In this document: positions 10,375-21,200 of the stretch, piece after piece | Layout of the letters: each line of letters begins with the position of its first letter | Numbering within the stretch: position 1 is the first letter of the stretch | DNA from: Fonticula alba ATCC 38817 | Taxonomy: Eukaryota; Protista; Nucleariida | Assembly (NCBI GenBank): GCA_000388065.2 | Contig: KB932202.1 | DNA length: 64,000 nt | Reading direction: 5' to 3' (one strand) | Notes under the pieces: generated by a model | The model's input: only the letters and a program-made list of their open reading frames with translations | Databases searched by the model: none | Told to the model about the DNA's origin: nothing | Program-made: the position numbers and the translations under genes

Positions 10375-12014
10375 GCATGTGCATGCATGTGCGATGGCCC
10401 ATGGACACACCAGCTGAATGAAAGCCAAGTCCGGGAAGATGTGTCCCAGGTGCTCAGCAGCATGCCGGGCCGGGGGGAGCCACACACGCCGGGCCAGGCC
10501 CCAAACCAGGGCCAGCAGGAAGGCCGAAACGAGTCGGGCCGCCGCGGCGAGAAGGGTGCCCGACGCGCCACCCAGCTCCGACAGCCGGTGCCGAAGCAGC
10601 ACCGCGCGCCGGGCCCCCCCAGGCGGGAGGTTCAGATGCGCCGGGGCCTCGGGGCCCGGGTGAAAGGCAACCCGCGCGCCGGGGGGTCCCGCGGGCGGGA
10701 AAGAGCGTGGCCCAACTGCCCCAGGGGAGGCGGCGTCATAAAGGCGGCCGGCCGCCTCGACCAGGTGCTTCCAGGCCAGCCCCACCGCCCGGGCGTGATG
10801 GTCCAGGGAGCTGGCCAGGCGCTGGGAATTGGCCCCCGAGAAGAGACCCCCCGAAGTGGGCGACCCCGGGGACCGGGGCCCCTGTGGCGAGCTTTGCGAC
10901 ACCCATGAGGGAGGCTCGATATCCGGGTCTCCGGAGAGAAATGGCCGCTGGTCGACCTTGGTACCAACGACAAGCACCGGCATCCGGAGAAATGAGCGCC
11001 CCAGGCCGGCACTCGCCGAGGGAGGCTGGCCGAAGTCTGGACGGCGGCGCGTGTCAGTGACCATGGCAAGGGGGGCCCCAGGGCATTTCCAGCGGCTGGG
11101 GGAAGTTGACGCACGCTGTCGCGAGGAAGACTCCAAGGTCTCGGCCAGCTCATTGACCCAGTTCCACAGGTTGCTGAAGGTGTGGGGATTGGAGACATCG
11201 TGCACCAGAATCAGGGCTTTTCAGGTGGGGAACGGGGAGGGAGGGGAGGCCGAGGCAAAGGGCAAAGAAAGGGCGCATGTGAGCGGGCGCTGTGCATATC
11301 GCGGGAAGGAGGGAGGCTGGGTGGGGGGGGGGGGCCCGGTAACTGAAAACGGGGGGGGGGGGGGACGAAAAGAAAAGCCGCGACCGGCGGGCGGGTGCCA
11401 CAAGGACAGGAAGTGAACGACGACGACGACGATGGCGACGACGATGATGAAAAGGAGCCGAGAAACGGTCGATGCCCGGCCAGGAGCAGATCGCACGCAC
11501 CATCGATCGAAGTGTCCAGGATGAAGACAGCCCGGTCGGCCGGGGAAAAGGACCCTCCGGCGCCGATGTCCATGAACTCCACAACGCCCATCTTTCCACC
11601 ACCACCAGCACCACCACCAGCACCACCAGCACCACCACCGCCGCCACCGCTCGGACCCAGTATCCCGGCCGGCAAAAGGCACACGTCCACATGGCAACCG
11701 ACCGTGGCTGGTCGGTGGGTCGGGAAGGGGCGCTGCAGGGCCTCCCCGGCCGAGGGAGACAAAGGCCGCAGGAGGTCTCCACCGTGGAACTGGCCGGGGG
11801 GAGCATCTGAGCGAATGGGCCCCGGAAAGCGGTGGTAGTGGCACACTCGATGGACAAGGGTGGTCTTGCCGGTACTTGAGTCCCCGAGCACCAGCACACG
11901 AAGGGGAGCGTCCTCCGATGCCAGGAGAGCTGGGCCGCCGGGCCCGGCAGGGGCAGCGACATTCTGGGATGCGGTGCTGTAGCCGGCATGCATGCCAGCC
12001 ACTGCCGGCGACAT
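9690..12014 (-). CDS. RABL3: Rab-like 3 (RABL3/LIP1-type) small GTPase with insertions and a low-complexity C-terminal tail
   Basis: G1 LRVLVLGDSSTGKTTLVH, G2 PATVGCHVDV, VEFMDIGAGGS, ILVHDVSNPHTFSNLWNWVNE, G4 MPVLVVGTKVD. The spliced tail FIQL|NLLDDGSYL... ends PPHGRL*. TVGCxVDV and the absence of a C-terminal Cys motif are RABL3 hallmarks. Confidence 0.8.
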
Positions 12015-12887
12015 GCTTGGAGGAGGAGCGTCGAAGGATGAGCGAGTGAAGAGGCAAGGAGGAGAAGCCAGGAGACCGGGGAGAGAGAGAGAGAGAGAGA
12101 GAAAGACAGGGAGGGTGGGGCGGGGCCAGGGGCGGGAGATGGGGATTCGGACAGGGGGCGGGCTGGGGACACTTGGGGGCCGACGGCTGTGCCTCGCACC
12201 TGGCCAGCGGGGCCCTTGTCCCTCTTTTCTTCGGCATCACGATCGGGATCTCGCTCGGGGGGGGGGGGGGGGGGGCCTGGCAAAATCGGCCCTCCCGTTT
12301 AGAAGGCACCATCCGGAGTGCCGACTGGCCAACGGAAGGGGCGACTGATCGAAAAACACTGGCGCGTGACGGCGGTTGAGCACGTGGCCGCGTTGTGGGG
12401 TACCTACTCCACCAAAGTGCTCCACGGCTGGGGCTTTTCCGCCTTGAAGGGGGAAGCCGAAGCGCGCGCGCGCGCGCAACAATCCACGGCCACTCCTCTC
12501 ACGCACCCGGAAGTGTGAAGTCAAAGAGTGACAATGGAGCTGGGGCGGAGCCAGAAGGAAGGATCAAATTCATCGGCTCGCGCTGGAGACTCAAAGGAAA
12601 CGGTGAGATGGAAGGGGGAATGGGGCCCAGTATTGAGATGCACTATGTCTGTGTGTGTGTGTGTGTCTGTGTGTGTGTGTATTTGCGTTGGTGTATGTGT
12701 GTATGTACATGTGTATGTACGTGCTTGTGCGCGCGTATCGGCATGAGCCCACGTACGTCGGCTCAGGGGCGGGCGAGGGCAGGGGAGAGGAGAGCCAGGG
12801 GAGGAGCACTGGCTCCTGGCGCGCATCCTCTCGGGCTAGCCTGGATTCCGAGGCGCCGGACCGGGGCGCACAACACCCGGGAGGCAC

Positions 12888-14291
12888 TTAGTAGCCAACG
12901 AGCGCCCGGTAGAGAAAACCCAAGGTGGTCAGTGCCAGGAGAATGGCCATGAAGGCTTGGGAGGCATTTTGCAGGCCCAGGCGTTGGGCCAGCTGATCGA
13001 GGGCACTTCCATGGCCGAAGCGCGATGCCCCGGAGGCGGAGGCAGAGGCGCTGCCGGCGGAAGCACCAGCAGCAGTCGACCGGCCGGCCGGGGCTCCAGA
13101 CCGGGAGGCACCGTCGGACATTGGCCGAGCCACCAGGCGGATTCGCGGCAGGAGCTCGGTGTCAGCCAGGAGGGTGTTGAGCGTCTGACCATGGTAGGTG
13201 CTGTCGGGGGCGGGGGAACAAAAAGACAGGGGAGAAGGAGGGAAAGCCGACGCGGTGCGGAGGAAGGCGTTAGAGGGGCGGGGGGCGAGGGCGCCATGGG
13301 GGGCAGGGGCCGAGAGCCAGGCGGTGCGAACACACCGGAGCGGCCGCGTGGATTGGAGGGACCAGTTGGCGGAGTTGCCGATGCCGTGCTCGCGCTCGAG
13401 CCAAGTCAACACATCGCGTAGAGTGTCACCCGCGGTGAAGGCGCGCTGCGGCCGGGACCCATCCGGCAGGTGGATGGCCACCGTGCAGGGAGTGGCTGGA
13501 TCAATCTCGGAAGAGCGGCTCGGCGAGGAGGTGGCCGAGTCGGAGGCGGCCGGCGCATCCTGCGGCAGCAATGGAGGAAGGCGCAAGAGCGGGGCAGGTA
13601 CGGCCGGACCGAGCAGCGACATGGACACGTCAGCAGGGGACAGCCTGGGCAGAGAGGGAGGGGGAGGGGGAGAGAGAGAGAGAGAGAGAAGGAGAATGGA
13701 AATGGGCGGGCGGAGGGGGGCCCGGAGCGCACCCCCAGGCGACGCCCGCGCTGTGAGGAGGCAAACACGCTCTCCGGGCAGTGGGTATTCAGCATGCGCG
13801 TAATGTCGGCCATATTGAGGCCGGTGACGCGGCCGAGGACACCGCCGTTCTTGTAGAAAATGATCGTCGGCAAGCCGGACACCTGCTCGCGGCTGGTGGA
13901 CTCGGTGAGGGTCTCGGTGTTGGCGCGGAAGAAGCCGGCATTCTGGTAGCGCTGGTTTCGGCTGAGCTGCTCGAAGAGCGGCTCCAGCGCGCGACAGGGG
14001 CCGCACCAGTTGGCGTAGAAGTCCACGACAACCTAGGCGGGGGGGGGGAGGGGAGCAGGGGCGACGACCGGGAGAAGGGGGAGTGGATGTCAGTGCCGAA
14101 GGGCAGGGAAACGGGGCAGCGGGGACGTCTGCCAACCAGGCGCCAACACGAGGAACAGGGAAGGCGGAAGACATTTCTTCGGGGGCGAAGGGACCAAAGG
14201 AGGAAGGGGGGAATCGTACCAGACGGCCGGTACGGTCGCTGACCACCTGGCGGGTGAAGTCCGCGTCGTCCTTCAGCTCAATGACGGCCAT
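12888..14291 (-). CDS. Thioredoxin (WCGPC) + UBX-like domain + C-terminal transmembrane helix, about 290 aa
   Basis: Four exons with GT-AG boundaries: 14291-14220, 14032-13769, 13559-13336, 13200-12888. They total 873 nt (290 aa + stop). Motifs: VVDFYANWCGPCRALEPLFEQLS...VSGLPTIIFYKNG; CTVAIHLPDGSRPQRAFTAGDTLRDVLTWL; tail AFMAILLALTTLGFLYRALVGY*. Confidence 0.85.
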   Translation of the reverse strand: MAVIELKDDADFTRQVVSDRTGRLVRFPPSSFGPFAPEEMSSAFPVPRVGAWLADVPAAPFPCPSALTSTPPSPGRRPCSPPPPRLGCRGLLRQLVRPLSRAGAALRAAQPKPALPECRLLPRQHRDPHRVHQPRAGVRLADDHFLQERRCPRPRHRPQYGRHYAHAEYPLPGERVCLLTARASPGGALRAPLRPPISILLLSLSLSPPPPPSLPRLSPADVSMSLLGPAVPAPLLRLPPLLPQDAPAASDSATSSPSRSSEIDPATPCTVAIHLPDGSRPQRAFTAGDTLRDVLTWLEREHGIGNSANWSLQSTRPLRCVRTAWLSAPAPHGALAPRPSNAFLRTASAFPPSPLSFCSPAPDSTYHGQTLNTLLADTELLPRIRLVARPMSDGASRSGAPAGRSTAAGASAGSASASASGASRFGHGSALDQLAQRLGLQNASQAFMAILLALTTLGFLYRALVGY

Positions 14292-15273
14292 GGCTACAGG
14301 TGGGGAGGGGGGGGGGCGGGGGCGGGGGGTGTACGAAAACGGAAGAGAGGAGGGGGGGGGGAGCGAAAGGGGAAGAGGTCGCGCAGAGGGAAGGGGGGGG
14401 GGGGGACGGAGGCTCTCAGGATGACCGGGCCCCGGAGCGTGGGCCAACGCCACATCCCCCACCCAAAAGGCCCACCTGCCTGCGCCTGCACCTGCACCTG
14501 CGCCCACGCCGGCGTCGGGCTCGCCAGCCTTCTGGCACGCGCATCCGCGCGCATCTGCACCCGAATCGTGGGGGTCGGGGGGGGCCGGAGGGGCCAATCC
14601 GACGAATATTCCGTCCCTCCCTGGTGAGAGAGCCCCGGTTCTTTTCGGCACACGGAGGTCTCCGCCCCGGCCCGAACGCGCCCACGGACACAGCATCTTT
14701 TCTCTCCGGCTCGCTCACCGAAAAAGACCCTCCCCCCCCCCCCCGGGTGTGTCCCCTGTCCGGGTGACGCCATGTCTTTTGGTATCCTTGCCGGGGCACC
14801 GTCGGCAGGTCCGGCGGGGTGGCGGGAAGAAAGGCAAGAAGCTGGAATAAAAATAGTCCATTTAATTGGCCCCAGGGTCCGGGCAGTGTGGGAGCAGAGC
14901 CATTCGCCGGGCCCGGCCGGGTGCCAATGGCCCTGTCCATGGGCAGCTGCTTCGTGTTGTTCGCCACACCATGGGCCCGATCGGCCTGCCGCTGGGCGTC
15001 GAGATCCCTCCCGGGGTTTCTCGCGCGCGCAGAATGCGGTGAGACAGTCCGCCCCCCCCCCGCCCCCCCCTTCCCGCGCCCCATGGTGCGCGGCGCGCCT
15101 CCCCTTTAAAACACCGCGGTCACCGCCCGAGCATGAGAGAGAGAAGGAGAAAGAGGGATGGGCAGCAGACCAAGGACCGTGGGGGTGGGGATGTTTCCAA
15201 AGAGGCCTACAGCATGTATTTTACTGGTGCGGGGCGAAAAATAGGCAGACAGAGAGAGAGAGAGGGCCCCATA

Positions 15274-18200
15274 TCAGGCCGAGTAGGAGGAGGCGCCGGA
15301 ATTGCTGGCAAGCTCGAACCACTGGCGCAGAGCACCAGCCAGGACAGACGGAAGCTGAGCCACATCGCGCACCAGGACATAGTACTCGAAGGGGAAGTCC
15401 TCCAGGTACCGGGTCATGGTCATGCGGCCATTGACATACTCCACCTGGCGCAGGTCGGACAGAGACTGCTCCCGGCGGTCGATGGCCAGCAGGACAACCA
15501 TGATGCGCTCGGCGGCGGCCAGGCGCGCATGGCGGGCCAGCTCCAGCCGGGCATCATCCAGCAGGGCACCATCGGACACGATGAGAGCCAGCTGCCAGGT
15601 GTCGCCGGCGCTGGCACCCTGGGCCGCGCGGGCCTCGGCCAGCATGACGCGCAGCTGGCCAAGCAGCGACGCCACATAGGTCTTGCCCTGGCGGAAGGTC
15701 AGCCGACCGACCACCTGGGCACCGGCCTCCGGGCCGAAGGGCTGCGACGAGCTGCCCAGCAGCCCGGCAATGCCCTGGTGCAGGATGTTGGTCTGCTCGC
15801 CGAAGCCGAGGATGCCGAGCCCGGCGATTTCCAGGCGCTGCAGGGCGTCCGCCAGCAGGGCCACCGTCTCGAGGGCGGTGCGCGCGGCACCCGCCTCACG
15901 CATGGACTGCGAGTCGTCCACCGCAATGACCACCTGGTAGGCCCGGCGCGCGGGGCGCGTGCGCCGGAGCCAGATCTTGTCCTGGCGGAACTGCGACGCG
16001 ATGTACGGGATGATCCGGCGCATGTTCAGCCGCTTGCCGGTGCGGTAGTCCCCGCGCAGCTTGGTGGCCAGCGTCGGCTCCAGGACCAGGCGCAATTGCT
16101 CGGTCAGGTCGGCCGACAGGTCCGCCACGCAGGCGGCCACATCCAGCCACAGCCGGCGCGCGGCGTCGGCATCGGCCTCCGGGCCGCCGGCCCCACCGGC
16201 ATGGAAAGCCTCCAGGGTCCGGTCCACCTCCAGGCGCAGGGCCTCCAGCTCCTCGGCGGTCTCCGGCCGGCGGATATACTCGTCGGCCAAGCCACGCCGG
16301 TGCTCGGTGTCGGCGTCGTCCATCTTCCGGTCGGCATCGTCACCCGAGTCGGAGTCAGTGCCCGAGGGGGCATCCTCACCGCCGATGGCGGTCTGCCGCC
16401 CGGCAAGGTGCTCCGGGGCCTGCTCCTCCGGGGCCAAATCCACGTCCATGGCGTCGTCGTCCTGCCCGTCCTCGGGGCCAGCGTCATCGGCCGAGGGCGG
16501 GGCCCCGGCCGCATTGTTGGTCGACGTGGGATCCGTGTCGGCGCCACCGGACTGCGACGATTGCTGCTGCGGCTGCTGCGAGGCCACCTGGACCGAGGGG
16601 TCCAGGCGCTCGAGCGGCGCCTCATCGGCCACCTCGGCCTCGGAGGGCGGCTGCTCGGCGGCGGCCGGATCCTCGGCCTCCATGCCGTGGGCGGCGTCCT
16701 CCTCCGGGGCGGTGGGGCTCTCATCATCGATGATGCCCATGGCGGCCGGCGGCGGGGCCGTCGGCGAGCCATCTTCGGACTCCGGCGCGGCCGGGGGCTG
16801 CTGCTGGCGCTGCTGGGCCAGCTGCTCGTCGGTCGCCGCGCCGAGGGCCGTGGTGTCGGCCTGCTCATCATCGCGAACGTGCTCCATCAGCTCCGGCGCC
16901 AGGTCCGGATCGAGGCGCTCGGCGTCGGCCTCCCGGCGGTCGGGCACCTCGGCCTCCTTGTCCCCGGGCGGGGCAAGGTCCGGCCGCTCCAGCTCATTCA
17001 GGCGCTTGGACCAGCGGTTCAGCGCGTCGGCCAGTGACCGGGCCGGGTTCGGCATGTCCGGCCGCTGGGGCTGGGACCCGTCATCCGGCTGCTGGGGCCC
17101 GGCATCCGGCGCGCCGGCGCCCTCCTCCGGGCGCAGCTGCTGCTGCTGAGCCACCTGCCGGCCATGGCGGTCCTGCTGGTGGCTGGCGCTCGGGGGCGCC
17201 GCATCGGGCGGCGCATCATCCGGCGGGGCCCCCGACAGCGGGGTATCCCGGGGCTCGGGCTCGGCCTGGTCGTCCTCCTCGGCGGCCCCGGCTCCGGTGC
17301 TGGAAACCTGGGCACCCTCCGGGCCACGCAGCGACGCCGGGTCCTGCGCATCCGAAGGCCGGCCCTTCGGCTGGTTGTCCGACTGGTCGAGATCCTCCTC
17401 CTGCGGCTGGTCATCACCGGCTTCGGCGTCCTCCTCCATCGGAGCGGGGGTCTCATCCTCCGGGCCGCCAGCCGCACCGTCCGGCTTGTTGGCAGGGTCG
17501 TCCTCATTGTCGGCATCCTGGCCCGGGTCGTCCTGCTCCATGGGGGTGTCGTCCTCGGCGGCGGTGCCCTTCTCCGGGTCGATGGCCTCGTCGTCCGGGC
17601 CATCGTCATCCGGATTGTCACCATGCTCCGGCGGCTGGCCCGACTCATCGTCACCGGCCAGGTCCTCGTCATCATCGCCGAGCTGCTCGCCGCCATCGAG
17701 ATTCAGGTCATCCGGCAGGTCCGGATCGCCGGCCGCCTCGTCGTCGGAGTTGTCCAGGCCGGGATCCGGCTCGCCACCGCGCGGGGCATTGTCATCCTCC
17801 AGGTCCTCGTAGTGCTTGGCTTCGGGGAAGTCCTCCGGCTCGGAGTCCGGGTCCGAGTCATCCTCGGCCTCGTCCTCCGGCGCCGGCCGGGGCTGGTCCT
17901 CATCCTCGCGGCGGTCCTCATCATTGCGGTCCTTGCTTTCCGGCTCGCGGCCCGACTCGTCGGCGACCACCTCGGACTCGCCCTCGGGCTGGCCCTGGCC
18001 GCCCTCGGCGTCGGACAGATCCCGCACATCGCGGTCGTCCTCCTGCTCGCCGAAGTTCTGCTTTTCCTCATCGATGTTCTCGATGTCACCGCTGGCCTCG
18101 CCCTCGCGATCTTCCATGTCCTGGTCGTCGTCCGACTCCTCGGACTGCGAGTCAATGTCGGACCCGGCCTCGGTGCGGTCCGGGCCATCATGCAGGCGCC

Positions 18201-21200
18201 CATCAAAGTCCTCGGTCATTTCGATGCCATGCTCTTCGTCCTCCAACTCGCGGTCCTGCTCGGCCGGGTCCTGCTTCTCCTCGTCGCCCTTCAGGCCTTC
18301 GACCTGGGATTCGTCTTGGATTTGCTCGGACACATCCTGCTGGCCCTGCTCGCCGTCGGCCATGCCAGTGCCATCCTCGACACTGAACTGGCCATCGCCA
18401 TCGCCACCGGCCTCGGCACCGTCGTTGTCGGTTTGCACCTCGGCCGGGGCACACAGGCCGCTGGCAATCAGCGTGGCAAACAGCCGGCCCAGCAGCAGCA
18501 GGGCCTTGGCCGTGCCGCGGTGGAAGAGCACAAAGTCCCCGAGCAGCGACAGCCCGGCGGCCGTCAGGGCCCCGGTCTGCCGGTGCAAGTCACCGAGCAT
18601 GGCCCCGGCCCGGTCGGCCGACAGCTGGCCCGAGAGCAGGGCCGCGCGCAGGCGCGGCACCAGGCCCAACAGGCGCGCCGGCAGCGAGGGGGACCCCACA
18701 GCCGACAGGGCTGCCGGGTCCTCCGTGTTGTCGTCATCCGCACCATCCTCGGCCGAGCCCGGCGGCACAGCGGCCAGGCGGAAGGCCGCCAGGTAGTGCG
18801 CATGCAGGGCAATGGCCGACTGGTCGGTCACATCCACCACCACCTCGCCGGGCACCACCGCCGCGGGGGTGGCGGCATCCTGCGAAAGGGCCGCATCGCC
18901 ATCGGTAGCCTCGTCGTCGTCGTCGTCGTCGGAGAGGGCCGCCAGCAGGGCGGCCGCTTCCTTGTCGTCAGCGTCGTCGTCCTCGTCACCGTCGTTGTCA
19001 GCCGCATGAGCGCCATGCTCCGGGGCCGCCGCCTCGGCATCGGCCATCAGGGCGTCGCCCGACGAAGCGGTCCAGGCAAGGGGATCCCGGGCCCAGCCCT
19101 CGGCCAGGGCCGCGGCCTCGGCCAGCAGGGCAGCGAAGTCGGCCTCCAGCGCGGCGTCGCCGGTGTCAAGATGGATGCCATCGGCCCCGGCCAAGAGGGA
19201 GGTGTCTTGCTGGGGGGGCTCGGCCGCGGTGGTGGCCAGGGCGGCGCGCAGGTCGCGCAGCTCCGGCCCCAGGCCGGGCAGCGTGTCGGCAGCCTCGGCA
19301 TACAGGCCAGCCACCTCGGTCAGGAGCCCATGCACCGGGCCCAGGGCAGCGGACAGGCGCACGCCGGACACCAGCCCCGCCGAGTGCAGGGACTCGGCAG
19401 TGGCATGGGCCGTCAGGCCGAAGTCCCGGCAAAGCTGGTTCAGGGCGGCCTGCTGCTCGGCCACGCGGGTGGCCAGGGCCGCGACCCGGTCGGCCAGGCA
19501 CAGGTCGGCCAGGCCGGCGCCGGCGGCCAGCAGCGGCGCAAAGCGCCCGGTGTCCCGGGTGGCCGCGGCCTCCAGAGCCGGCGGCGCCACCTCGGCCGGG
19601 CCGCCGACCGTGCGCAGCTCCGCCAGGAAGCGCTGCCACTCGGAGAGCGTGCGGCCGGCACGGTCAAGCTGGTGCTTGGCCGCCTGGGCCCGGGCGGCGG
19701 CCACCGGGTGGGGAACCGCCGCGGCCAGGCACTCGGCCGGCATGGCACCGGTGGCGGACTGCTGCTCGGCGGCCGAGGCGGCAACCGGAAGCAGCCCGGT
19801 CAAATTGTGCCACAAGTCAAGCAGACCACGCAGGGTGGGCTGCGCCGCGGCCAGCGCCGCGCGCTGCTCGGTGGCCAGGCGCAACAGCGCCTCGGTCAGG
19901 GCCAGCAGGCGCCCGGCCCGAGTGCGCATTTCCTCGCACGGGGCCTGGGCCGCCCGGCGGACGGCAATCACGCCGGACGCACCGCGGAAGTAGTACACCA
20001 CGGCATCCTGCCAGAGCCGGGCCAGGACACCGAGGGCAGCCCCGGCCCCCGGGGCCAGGGCCTCGGCGGCGTCCTGCGCCGTCCATGAAAGCAGGCCGCC
20101 GGTGTGGCCGTCCTCCGGGGCACCGACCGTGCCGGAGGCCCCGGCATCGAGGCCGCCCTCCAGCAGCTGGTCCAGCATGGGGACCGGCTGGCGGAAGAGG
20201 AAGCCCTCGGCCGCCTGCTCCGCCCGACGGTCAGCCCCGAGGGGCAGGACCCCGAGCGTGCGCAGCGACCGGAGCAGCTCAATCAGGCCCAGCTGCTTGG
20301 AGCGCTTCAGCTGGCGGAAGAGCCCATGGTGCTCGGCGACATTCGACCGGGAGTCCGACTCGCGTTGCAGGACCAGCGCCCGGTCCAGGGCCCCGGCCGC
20401 CAGGGAATCCAGCGTCAGCAGGTGCATGGCCAGGCGCCGAGTGGCCGGCGGGTCGGCCAGCTGGGCACGGCGATCGGCCCCGGCCCCGGAGGCCGGCAGC
20501 GCCGGCGCCAGGGCCCCGGCCACCGCGGCCCACAGCCGGACATGGAGATCGGCCGAAATGTCGGCCAAGGTGGCCGGCAGGGCAAGGACCGCGGCGTCTT
20601 CCACATCCTCCGACTGGTGGGAGGACGGCTCGCCGGTGGCCGGGGCCAGGGGCAGGCCCAGCTCCGTGGCCAGGGTCGTGGCCGTGGTCGGGCAGGCGCG
20701 ACCGCGGTCCAGGTCCGCGGCCGCCTGCTTGGACAGGGCCACCGCGGCCGCCTGCTCGGCTTGCAGGAGCTCATCCTCCGGCGAGGCCCGGGCCGCGGCC
20801 GTCAGCCGAGTGACATCGCGAGCGGCATCGCGCGAGCGGATTTGCAATGCCCGAACCGCGCGCCGGGCCAGACGGGCCTGGGCCCGAGCCGCGGCCTTTT
20901 CGGCCCGGGCCGCCCGGGCGGCCACCAGCCCGGCGGCCGCCGACCGGGCCCGCGAGCTGGAGGTCAGCAGCTCGGCGTCGGCCTTCTCGAAGTGCTCGCG
21001 CACCGGGCGATCCAGCAGGGCACCAAACTGGCGGACCATCTTGGCCAGCACCGCGTGGTTCTTGCGGGCGGCCTCGCGCAGGAGTGACACATCCTCCGCA
21101 TGGTGCCAGCGGGCCAGCTTGACCACCTCGCGCACGCGGCCCTCCAGGGCAGCCCGCTCGCGGGCCAGCTCCTCGCGCACCACCGCACGATACCGGCCGA

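Noticed and set aside
12230-12640. Intergenic stretch checked for tRNA or snoRNA
   Set aside because: No cloverleaf/T-loop and no paired C/D or H/ACA boxes; probably the RABL3 promoter and the 3' flank of the TRX-UBX gene.
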